64,000 nt of DNA from Owenia fusiformis (lineage: Eukaryota). The stretch is from positions 8,184,001 through 8,248,000 of the forward strand of contig CAIIXF020000001.1 of NCBI GenBank assembly GCA_903813345.2, written 5' to 3'. Within the stretch, counting starts at the first letter, position 1; each line of letters begins with the position of its first letter. This document shows, one piece after another, positions 12,301-23,847 of this stretch. The position numbers were made by a program, and so were the translations under genes. The notes below the pieces were generated by a model, which did not search any database, was not told the origin of the DNA, and saw only the letters and a program-made list of their open reading frames with translations.

Positions 12301-15300
12301 TGTCACACAATTTGTACCAATAATCTTCCGAAATATTGTACGGGTCACAAGGGGAATACCGTTGGGTGCAATTGAAATATATTGTCAGCAGCTTCACAAT
12401 GGCATAAAACTCAGTACAGAGGGTGTTGATACAGTCCATTAATTTAAATGCTATATGAAAACATGCCATTTTAATAAATTTTTCATCAAAATGGCCAGTC
12501 ACAAGTAGAAAACCTAAAAAATACTTTTGACAAGCAATGAGTTAATATTTCTGTTTCAGTGTATTTGATGATCAGATCTATTTGTGTGTAAAAAGAAAAC
12601 ATACCACACAAAGTTGCAGTAGAGACTGACAGGTAGAACATCTTCAGGTAGAGTTCTATAACTAATACAGGATCAACATACAGATCCTCACTGATGAACT
12701 TCCAACTGCTTTTCTAAAATATATGTGATGTCATAATATAATACAATGTCGTTATTTAAAATGAAACTTATATCATTAAATGGCAATTTTTACAAAGTTA
12801 AAATTTTAATATGTTATTTTATTTGTCATGCACATAACAGTACATTTATAACAATGGTCTCAAGGAGCATGTAAGTGGCAGTGTACATACAAAATAGCTC
12901 AACTGTAGCCTAGTTAGTTGCAGAATACGATAAAACATGTACAATCCAAATGGAACTAGACTGGCTTAACTTGTAAGGATTGGCAGGTGTTTACATTTCA
13001 AGGCTTTTTATCATGGATTTCTTTTGTAGATTTAAAAATGAGACCAAGAATTGTCTTCATATTAGAGAGGTGTTCGGATATACAGGTTTTACTGTACATA
13101 CAAAATAGCTCATGTGTAGTTCATAAGTTGCAGTATACATTCCCAATAGCTCACCTGTAGCCTATAAGTTGCAGTATATATGCCAGCAAATAATAACAAG
13201 GCAGCAAGGTAAGACTGCGCAAGCAGCCAATTGTTTACCTCATTCGAGAATATCTGTTCGGTTAACTTTCCTTGAAAGAAAAAATCTTGAATCAGAGGTA
13301 TATGAAATCAGATGTAACCTACTGAACTATAACTATATATAGTATAACCCCTCTTCTCATTCGTCCTTCTCAATTAGCTTAGCAGATCTGAGGTGTCAAA
13401 TTCAATCCAGAAGCTTTGAACTCTTTCATGTTATCTAAGGTAATTAAATATTGTTTAAATGTAAACATGTTTAGAACTTTGACATTGACAATTAATAGCA
13501 TACAGTGCTCTCATGCAACTTATTTGGACATTAAAAACTATGAGCTCTATGTTCTATATTTGCAGACTTTGAGGCAGTTGAAACTCCGGATCAGGAGTGG
13601 AAATTAGCCGGAACATTATTGCTAGTTAAATAAAAACAGAATTATGTGATGAGTGTAACAATATCACAAGCACTTGGTCTGCAGAAAGATCTATGTCAGT
13701 TTTGGTTTCTATTTATAGTTGAAAAGTGTTCCACTAACAGAGTAAGAGGCCTAGAGGTGTTATTCCACTTAACAGATTTCACTGTAAATCGAGAGACCAC
13801 TACTGTCATCTTTCTTTATTGATCAAGTCTGTATGATTACAATGTAGATTACAAGTTTTGTAGAAATGATGTTGCTCTAACCTGAAGTAGCTATGAGTAT
13901 AACTAGATTAATGCACTGGAGAGTAATCATCACAATCACACTCTGAAAATAAACAACTGTATTGTGAATTACAGCATCAATATTTTTCTGATTTTTGAAA
14001 ATTTGTGAAAAATGAAGTATATTTCACCATGGGCTTTCAACTAGAATGATATACATGCTTTTTTAATTTCCTGTACGTCCCAGATTGGTAATGCATGCCC
14101 TAGTAGATACTGAGGCCTATTAAAAATGCACTAACAGTACAACTTAAGTCTTAGTGGAATACCTTTAATACCTCTAAATGGTGTTCCACTCGGGAGGTGT
14201 TCCACTTATAGAGGTTCATTTAAGAGTCAGTTGGTCTTGGGACTATGAAAAGTGTTCAACTAGCGGATGTTTAACTTATAGAGGTAATTAGACACGGGAT
14301 GGAATGCTCTGTGAGCAAAACATCATTGAATGGTATCTTTTACAAAACATCAAAAGAGAATAATTGAGATACTTACAGCATAGAAACTGTGAGATATCGC
14401 TGCATCTTCCTCCTTTGTTGGCCACAGGTCTATCACTGTCAACACTGTTAAGTTCAATGCCTGCATGGGAAACAAACAGAAAAACATGTCGTTTAAAGAG
14501 AGTTGTTGTGGTAGGAAAGCACAATTAAGACCCTCTGTTTTTGCATATTGAGCCGTACCACATATTCACATATCTGCTTACTTATGAAGAAGCGCCAAAT
14601 GTGCTGCTTTATGTGCTAATTTTGCGATTGTGCTGACTGGTCAAAACTTGAATAAACCGGAGAAATCCATATGTAATCTGATTGGTCGTTAAATTTGTTT
14701 ATCAGTATGATATGGTAACGTGACCAAAGAAACTCTGTGAATGGCAGTTATGGAAATTCTAAAAGAAATTAACAAATGGCTTTGAAATTAATTGGCTGCC
14801 TGGCTCAAGGCATGTACCCAGGTGCCGAAGCGCATGTTCTCGTGTCACTTGACAAGGTTTTCCCCCACTTGCCCCGATTGAACATAGTTGTGTTCAATTC
14901 TGACAGTTGGTTGTTCTGTTGATTTCCTCAATATATCTGCAATACTATACCCATACGTTGGTCTCTAGATCCGATATCTAAGGTATGTAGGCAATTTTAA
15001 TGGGAAATCATTGATTGTCCGGGAGAGAAACCTATTATATGGCCATGGCATACTGTATCTTTAGCATGAGTTGAAAGTAAAGCCTGTTAAAGTGAAACAC
15101 CTTTAGCACATTTAAATTATCTTCTATTTGGAAGGTGTTCCACTTACAAATGTACATATAATATAAAGTTGATAGAACACACAGATTTTTGAAAAATGTT
15201 CCACTTATGTGTAAAGCTTCCAATACCTCAGTTTTTAGCTATTTTACAAATTGTATTTTGATAATTTCACTAGTGATTTTCAAGTCGCCCCAAATTGTAA

Positions 15301-18300
15301 CAATCAATTTTAAACTGTAAACTATGAAAGTTGTCACATAGTACAAGTTGGTGTAATGATTCAGTTCATGTACCTGAAGAATGACTGTTATGATGAAGAG
15401 GTTGTCCAAAAGTTTGACAGGAACGGTCCATGTGCAACAGGACCTGCATCTTCTACATAGTTGAGATCTCCCCTCACTAGTAGACTGTCGTCGATTGGCA
15501 ACTTGGACCTGCACATCATATTATGCATTTGTTTTATACTTTGACATGAATAACACATGTAAGCAACTTATACACTGCATGTATCTGTTTATAATTATAA
15601 ACAATGTATTGAGATATTGTCTATTATATGATGAACAATAAATTAAAGGATTTAAGCCCAGTGCTCAATGAACTGTCAGTGATTTTAAGCATGAGGGTCT
15701 TGTATGAGACTTTGAATGACACGGTCTCCGATACTACCCATCGTAAATCGTTCCGGACTTGTTTTTCATAACCATTTGGACTCATTTCGGTAGGAGAATG
15801 AGATGAGACATTCACCAGAATGGCTCAAAAATGTAATATAATTCAATCGTTTAGAAAAATACATACGCTAACTTCTACTTAAAACCTTCTTTTTCATACC
15901 CACATATCTAATTTGGCGATCGTGCCATCATAGTTCATATTTATCGGCATTAAATAACAGAAATGCCAGAAATATGCTCTAAATCTGCATTATTGTCATT
16001 TAACTATGTTTAAACAAAAAAGTCATTTATAACGTGGAACAATATTCTCTACATTAAAGATCGTGTTAATATTTTAACTATCTGTACCTTCAAATTTCCA
16101 TAAATGACCGTAATGTAAAAAGTGGAGTTAACGACGGCGAATGGTCCTTATTCTGACACGGACTTGTCTTATAATCACTAGGTGAACGACTGCGAATTGT
16201 GCACAACGTGATAAAAAATAACGATTAGGAATTGTCTTGTAATGGTATTTATACGTTCCATTGTTTGATGAATTGTCTATGCTTCTGGAATAATTGGATT
16301 TAGTATGATTATGTTTTAGAGGAGTTTTTGTACGAAATATTCACAGATTTTGTAATTTCAGTTCCCAGAAACAAGTGCCACGAATGTACTTTTAAAAGTG
16401 CAGATAAAAATATATTCTTTGAACACTTCAAGAGGGACCATCCCTCCGATTTATTCAGGCTTGACGTCCCTTTTCGCGATAAAGGCACATGGCGTTACAA
16501 AACACTGGATTATGGATTCCGGATGTGTGATAAATTAGGCTCAAGGCTGTCATTTGATGATGGCACCTCGATATAGGAGGAAGAATACGTTGAACCCAGT
16601 CCTCTTCAGAAGCGCATGCGATTCAAGGCCATGTGTCAAATAAAAAAGATGATGGAATCCATGTATATGCGGGCATAGATCGTATTTCGGCGATCGATGG
16701 TGTTTCTATATATTCTTTTCAAAATACATTTGGGGCTAATATTATTATTGTAAGTTTACAGCAAATCCTGTCTTAGGCGACACATCTCTCGTATTAAAAA
16801 GAGTCAAAACCCAGGCCATTTAAAAGAGGCGACGCTGAGCTTTTTGAACGTATTTAGTGCATTGGAAGTTAAGGGGAAAGTCTAAAGAAGAATCCGAGGC
16901 AAAAACCTGCATGCAGTGAGGCAAATTATGAAATTATAACAAATAATAATGAATCAAATTGTTAATAATCTAGGGGCAAACCAGTAGATTTTTAACAGTA
17001 AATAACGATTAAAACTAATTATTTCTTCTCAACTTTCACTAAACTTCTTGCTTAGCATTAATATAAGCATGGAAGTCAGTTTGAAGCCAATAAGATGGTT
17101 TTAAAGTCTTATTCGAGGCAAACTTATGCTCACATTTTTTCATAGACAAATTGAAAATAGCGACGAGTGAAGTCTTTAAAAAAGCGAAGAGGCAAAACAC
17201 AAGAACAAGTAAAAAAATCAACTTTTCTCTCTACATACATTCTTGCCCCTTGAAAGTATCAAGTAACGAACATGTATCTGTAATGATTCCCTAATTCAAC
17301 CTTGACAAGTATCTCTTAATACGTTTAATTAATGATGATCATTTAGATAGTATCACTCAGACAACTTCTTCCACTATTTTGTTGGAAATCTATAAAGTTT
17401 ATTGAGCTGTTCCACACTTAAAAATGGTTCATTGTGTTCTACAAGTCAGAAACGTTCCAATAACACAAGTCAGAAACGTTCCAATAACAAGTCAACATCA
17501 TTAACTGGAATATTTAGGTCACGTCCAAATGGTTAAATCTAAAAAATATTCTTTCGACAATTGCTACTCATTTAAACCATTTTAAATCATGATTTTCCTT
17601 CACAATATGGCTACTTTCATTATAAATCGGTGTATTCATTGGATACAAGGCAGGCTGGTGATTATCAGGCAAAATAGGTGAAAACACTTGCAGAATCGCT
17701 CACATCCCGAAATAACAAGACTATAGCAAACGGTTCGTACAAAAAGGCGTTTGCGTGTGCCTGAAGATAGGGTATATAGTATGGTAAGTTATCTAATTGT
17801 GTTATAATTTATATAAAGTCAAGTGAAAGCAAGTTCATGACCAGATTTACAAACCTACCTCTACTTTTTTCCATAAATCAAGTCCAAATGGTTATGAAAA
17901 ACAAGTCCGGAACGATTTACGTTGGGTAGTATCGGAGACCGTGAATGAGGGTAGTAGCACAAATTCAAAGGCTAGCATACAAGACACAACTGCATTTAAT
18001 CACCCGCAATTCTATTCATATGTAGCAAACGATTTTGTACGTCATCATTTAAAGAATGAAATTCAACCAGTAATTGCCTTCTTGGCTGTTCATTATGATT
18101 GCAGGATGTGTTCTGATTGGCTGGAAGGTGACAAACACTATTTGATAAATATTTAATACCTATATAATACCTCTTCTTGATAGGGCTTGAGATGTTGTCT
18201 GTTAATATAATGGCAAACAATATATTGAAGCAGACACTATTTGTATAAAGTAAATATGACAATACCTCAGCTAGATAGGTCTTGAGAAGGTCAGTGCTGT

Positions 18301-21300
18301 CCTCGAGATTGCGAATAAGATACTGTACTTGTTGAGGAGATAATTTGTAACCCATATCTTCATTGTTTACACTGAAATAATAAACAAAGGCATTATATTA
18401 ATAAACATTTTATTAATCATAGTAATTATTTAATTATTTCTCTTCATCATATTAGTAATGAGTAAACATTGTAACAAAATTTACTAACAAGTGACTATTC
18501 TTAGGTACATGTAGCTGCTTGAGATTTAGACATTAAGAATCTAAATATGAGAGGTTCAAGGTCAAATATTAGTTTCATAATTAAAGTTTAGATTTATAGG
18601 TCAAAAGTATGAAAGGCCATATGTCGAGGTATGGGTTTTGTAAATTAAGATTCTGATGCATTTTGAGTGATTTAAACATTTTGCTATACATCATCAAAGC
18701 GTTGAAATATATATAATTTGCAAACGTTTGACATCCTCTTTTTCTCTTGAAAAAAATTTAAGCAATCATTTTATAAAATATACCAACATATTTTAAGGTA
18801 GGCCTACCATATGTTTTTTACATGTATATAAACATGTATACAAACCATGCGTAGCTTATATTTGGTCCAGTATAATATGCCATCTTCTAAAACTCTATTC
18901 CCAGAGCCATCTAATCTACATTGCCTTTAAAAATGAATTTATTACTTTTCAAATAAATTCAAGAAGAATATAACATGCAAACTATAGAAAGTTATACCTT
19001 CAGTTTATTGAAGAACAGTTTTCTATTGTTTGTCCGATGATAAAGTTTGTCTCCAAAAGTCAAAACATAGATAAGAATGATAATAGCAAATATATAATGA
19101 CACAGTTATCAAATGACCTACTGTGAAGGACCTACTATGTTAATATGCATTTGAGGGATTTATAATTTTGTTCCATATAGATTTAAAATCAGAGACATTA
19201 TTTCAGAGGTTAAAAATCAGTTTTCCAATAAACACATAGTGCCAAAAATTGGTTTCATTGTGGGCCATAATTTATAGAACAAGTTGATATAGAATTAAAA
19301 GGGTAAAACTCTATCTCAAGCTTGTGAGAGCTACATTGTATTCCGAGGGATAGTAGAGACTGTAGATCCCAAAATGAGTAAAACATGTTAAAATGAAAGG
19401 TTTTAAAAAGCATCTTTATAGCTCAAACCTATAATGTATTGTCTTTAATAAAGCAACCTCTTTTGTGACCAAAAAGTAATAAATACCGCTACACTGTTTT
19501 GTTTGGATAAAATCTAAAGGATTACAAGGGCCACACCTTTAAAATTTATTGCCAAGGCTATGAACTAAAGTTAACATTTGGAAGACCAGACCCCATTATC
19601 TGAAACCAATACACAGTTGATATTAACAGTTGCCCAATACATAGTAAGAGAAGTTTCTGATGACATTACAACAAGATGAGGTAGTAATTAATACCTTTTC
19701 CACCTGCTTGGTTTGGCAATACCAAATATGCATGCACTGTTCACTATAGTATTCACGGAAAATAGGTACCTTTAGAATGTTGCCCTTTGTTTGACTAATT
19801 AACTTGTTACATGAAGAAACAATATAGAAGAACCCTATCCATGTTGAGCAGTGGGAAAGTCCACGCTTCTATGGCTTCTATCACAGGACATACATGTAGT
19901 CAACACTATCTATCCCTCACCAGGTATAGAACATTCTTCTATGTATAATAGGATAGATGGTGCTGAGTAAAGTGCTGATTGTGGTCATGGATTTACTGAA
20001 ATGGTCTGGAAACTCTTGTCTGGCCATATTGTACCATATTTTGTCAGACCGAGATATCGTAAAGTACAAAATGTATGTCGATGGATATGCACAAATAGTA
20101 TCATTTGAAAGCTTATCATGACTATTGTAATGTGCATAAGGTACATTACATGGAATGCATGTATATTTCCCACAATATGGTGTGTACAGTTGGGGACAAA
20201 AATAAATGACAGGTCGATTTTCGATCACCATTTCCTAATTATGGTCGTCTGAAAGCCCATAATTTCCAATATTGTCTAGATACATATCCCTTAAAATTTG
20301 TATATTTCACATTTTGTATAATCTCATCCACTGATGTATGGCCTCTTGAAAATTCTCTTATTTTTAACATGGGAAATTCTCACTTCAGCAAATCCACCTG
20401 TCATTTATTTATGTCCCGAACTGTATTGAGTATTGAACTACAAAAAGTGAATTTCATCAAAATTTTCAAAATACTGTAGTAGTCAAGTCTAATAATATTT
20501 TCCGTTTTGTGTACTTTCTCAGTTAATTATACAAAGGATATGCGTTACCTTAACATCTTTTTAGACAAGGCATTAACATGACAAAATGTCACCACCTAGT
20601 TGCTCACAATATTATGAGTTCAAACTTAAGTCAGATTTGAATTTCTGAGAACTTGTAAAGTCAAATTTGAACTTCTGAAAAGATGTAGATGATTTTGAAA
20701 AAAAATTTGGTCAATTTGAAGCAAGTTGAAAACAGACCTTTTTGACCTTTTTTGACCTTGAGAAGGTCATTAAAGGTCAAATGTCAAATCTAAAGTCAGA
20801 TTTGAATTTCTGAGAACATGTAGATGATTTTGAAAAAAAAAAATTAGTCAATTTGAAGCAAGTTGAAAAAAGACCTTTTTGACCTTGAGAAGGTCATTGA
20901 AGGTCAAATGTCAAATCTAAAGTCAAATCTAAAGTCATATTTGAATTTCTGAGAACACGTAGATGATTTTGAAAAAATTTTTAGTCAATTTGAAGCAAGA
21001 TGAAAAAATACCTTTTTGACCTTTTTGGACATTGAGAAGGTCATTGGAGGTCAAATGTCAAATCTAAAGTCAGATTTGAATTTCTGAGAACATGTAGATG
21101 ATTTTGAAAAAATTTTTAGTCAATTTGAAGCAAGTTGAAAAAAGACGTTTTTGACCTTTTTTGACTTTGAGAAGGTCATTGAAGGTCAAATGTCAAATCT
21201 TAAGTCAAATCTAAAGTCAGATTTGAATTTCTGAGAACACGTAGATGATTTTGAAAAATTTTTTTAGTCAATTTGAAGCAAGTTGAAAACAGACCTTTTT

Positions 21301-22510
21301 GACCTTTTTTGACCTTGAGAAGGTCATTGAAGGTCAAATGTCAAATCTAAAGTCAGATTTGAATTTCTGAGAACATGTAGATGATTTTGAAAAAAAAATT
21401 AGTCAATTTGAAGCAAGTTGAAAAAAGACCTTATTGACCTTTTTTGACCTTGAGAAGGTCATTGAAGGTCAAATGTCAAATCTAAAGTCATATTTGAATT
21501 TCTGAGAACATGTAGATGATTTTGAAAAAAAAATTTAGTCAATTTGAAGCAAGTTGAAAAAAGACCTTTTTGACCTTTTTTGACTTTGAGAAGGTCATTG
21601 AAGGTCAAATGTCAAATCTTAAGTCAAATCTAAAGTCAGATTTGAATTTCTGAGAACACGTAGATGATTTTGAAAAAAATTTTAAGTCAATTTGAAGCAA
21701 GTTGAAAACAGACCTTTTTGACCTTTTTTGACCTTGAGAAGGTCATAGAAGGTCAAATGTCAAATCTTAAGTCAGATTTGAATTTCTGAGAACACGTAGA
21801 TGATTTTGAAAAAAAAAATTAGTCAATTTGAAGCAAGTTGAAAACAGACCTTTTTGACCTTTTTGAACTTGAGAAGGTCATTGAAGGTCAAATGTCAAAT
21901 CTTAAGTCAGATTTGAAGGTCAAATGTCAAATCTAAAGTCAGATTTGAATTTCTGAGAACATGTAGATGATTTTGAAAAAAAATTTAGTCAATGTGAAAA
22001 AAAACCTTTTTGACCTTGAGAAGGTCATTGAAGGTCAAATGTCAAATCTAAAGTCAGATTTGAACTTCTGAGAACATGTAGATGATTTAGAAAAAAATTG
22101 AAGTCAGTCTAAACAGTATTTGTTAAGTTATAGGAAGTTGTAAGAAATTGTTACAGACGCCAACCGCCGGACGCCAACCGCCGTCGCAAAAAAACGGAGA
22201 CCATAACAATATGTCACCACTTTTGGTGGTGACATAAAAATGACAGGTGTCTGTAAATAATTGACATGTTAATTTTTAATTTTGGTAAGATGGCCACTTT
22301 GACATTTGACTCTTCAGAAATTCAGTCTACTAAGTAGATCTACTCTTGTCTACAAAAACATGTACACTCTTTGACATACAGATATTTTCATAAGTAATTT
22401 ACTGAACACACTCACCTATAAAATATTGAATTGCCCGTCCGAATACCACCAAGAAGATCACTTTCTTCCTCTGTGTAGTCCCACGCCAATTCATTTCCTC
22501 CATCTGCCAT
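9314..22510 (-). CDS. Pore-loop (KcsA / Ion_trans_2-like) ion channel-like membrane protein with non-canonical filter; 10 exons, 321 aa
   Basis: Exons (-): 22510-22416, 18371-18266, 15508-15374, 14460-14377, 13942-13882, 13270-13155, 12713-12605, 11745-11690, 11347-11212, 9381-9314. All GT-AG, phases consistent, 966 nt ATG to TAG. Four hydrophobic segments; between the last two lies FYLSVSTATLCGSCNITPKEW, which aligns with KcsA WWSVETATTVGYGDLYP. Confidence 0.82.
9637..10487. repeat. 32-bp (30-32) minisatellite, about 27 copies, in the last intron of the channel gene
   Basis: Head-to-tail unit GGTTGCAGGTAGCATTGATCCATGATGTCATA with no unique spacers. Confidence 0.95.
10666..10832. mobile_element. 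Tc1/mariner-like MITE
   Basis: TIR CAGGGTGTCAAATAAAT / ATTTATTTGACACCCTG flanked by TA on both sides. Confidence 0.7.
15720..17943 (+). mobile_element. 2.2-kb DNA transposon relic with CAC...GTG TIRs and 5-bp TSD (Transib/RAG-like ends); decayed C2H2-finger ORF inside
   Basis: About 63-bp near-perfect TIRs (CACGGTCTCCGATACTACCCA.CGTAAATCGTTCCGGACTTGTTTTTCATAACCATTTGGACT); TSD AATGA at 15715-15719 and 17944-17948. Internal frame 16328-16576 encodes CHEC-x12-HFKRDH and is cut by a stop. Lies in intron 2 of the channel gene. Confidence 0.8.
20187..20423 (+). mobile_element. Tc1/mariner-like MITE, 237 bp (copy 1)
   Basis: TIR CAGTTGGGGACAAAAATAAATGACAGGT with TA flanks; near-identical copy at 47674-47910. 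Confidence 0.8.
20565..22240 (+). mobile_element. Helentron/HINE-like element carrying an array of ~135-bp satellite monomers (about 11 copies)
   Basis: Monomer contains TAGATGATTTTGAAAAAA...GACCTTGAGAAGGTCATTGAAGGTCAAATGTCAAATCTAAAGTCAGATTTGAATTTCTGAGAAC. Element ends in GACGCCAACCGCC repeats, hairpin ATGTCACCAC/GTGGTGACAT and an A-run. Confidence 0.75.
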
Positions 22511-22525
22511 TTTTCAAAAATAAAT

Positions 22526-22561
22526 ATCACGTGATTTGTACAGCATGGTAAGTCACATGAT
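22526..22561 (-). promoter_or_regulatory. Paired CLEAR / M-box-like E-boxes immediately upstream of the channel ATG
   Basis: ATCACGTGAT at 22526-22535 and GTCACATGAT at 22552-22561. Confidence 0.45.
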
Positions 22562-23404
22562 CATAACAGCACCGCACGAAATACTATTGGAACTTTCATG
22601 CCAAAGAGACTTTAGATGTGTCGATTACCGGGACTGATAATATATTTGATTTTAACTACTATTCTAGTATAATGTTATTAAAACTTATTCAGAGACATAT
22701 ATTTTGTTTAGGATGATCATCCTAGATTTGTATAGTTTTCAATTGATCAAAAGTTGAATAAATTAAATCTTGCCATAGCTAGGATCTAAAAGTTGAACCA
22801 AAGGACCAGGTAGAAAGGCAAGGATTGCAAGTGATTCTTGACAGTCATATTTTTCACCATGAGTACTCTCTGTCTATAAATCCATGTTTTCCTTCAAGTG
22901 AAGTCCCTGTGATAACAAAAATATTAATCCAACTCTCTCGAAAATCATGGATTAGGACCCTTGTCACTTTTAAAAAATGTTAGGCTTATATTTTATAAAA
23001 AGAGGATCTTGTTTTTTTCAATTTAAATATATAGTCAAACATTTATTCTACTCTGTATTAGCAACTTCTTAAAGGGGATGTGTATTGAAATGTGATAAAG
23101 TTAAAAATCACATATCCCAGGTTATTTTCACATAGGGAAACCCCATGCTATCCATTGTTTTCAGCATAATTTTGGTCATCGAATATTGATATATATCTTC
23201 AAAACTAGACTTTCAGTACCATTCTACTTTTGAAGAAGTTTTAGACCCCTCATGGAATAATCTTTCTATGCAGTAAAAATCAGGAAATGAAGATCCTCCT
23301 TTTTGTAAAAAAAAATGTTGACATGGGGTCCCTATTCATAATTTTTCGAATCATTTGATTGATATTTTTGAGAACATATTTTGTTAATGTAAAAAGCGAA
23401 ATAA

Positions 23405-23847
23405 GGCCGTAAGTAGTGGATTCTTTGTTTTGCGTCCCCTTGCTTGCACGATTTTGAGTAAATCAGAGAAAACAAACACATCCAAATAGCAATCACAAGG
23501 GTCTGAAAGTACCATAGCATTTCATTCAATCAGAATCAGACGAAATGGCAGATAATTTGATGTGTGTTAAAACTGACAGTGTCATTGATTACTTTGGCAT
23601 TACATTGTGTATTTTCTTATTTTTACCCTTGAATAATAGCTATGTTTAAATGTATTGTATAAATGTATAGATATGTGTTTGTAATTACTGCAAATTGGTA
23701 TGTCATTCCTTTTTATGACCATAAAATGTATACATTTCTCAGCTAACAAGTTTGTGTTTTTTCTTGAGTTTGTGTTTGTTTTCCTTGTACCCTTGCATGA
23801 TTTGGATTTTGCCAGGACGCAAAACAAAGAATCTACTTCTTATGGCC
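23405..23847 (+). mobile_element. PIF/Harbinger-like MITE (copy 1)
   Basis: TIR GGCC(A/G)TAAG.AGT.GATTCTTTGTTTTGCGTCC with TAA TSD on both sides; homologous copy at 49173-49612. Confidence 0.8.

Noticed and set aside
17996-18265. Extension of the 119-aa ORF, or mini-exons at 18171-18198 and 18120-18003, as part of the channel
   Set aside because: Exon 18371-18266 splices in phase directly to 15508; the extra pieces need 50-67-nt introns and shift the frame to a premature stop.
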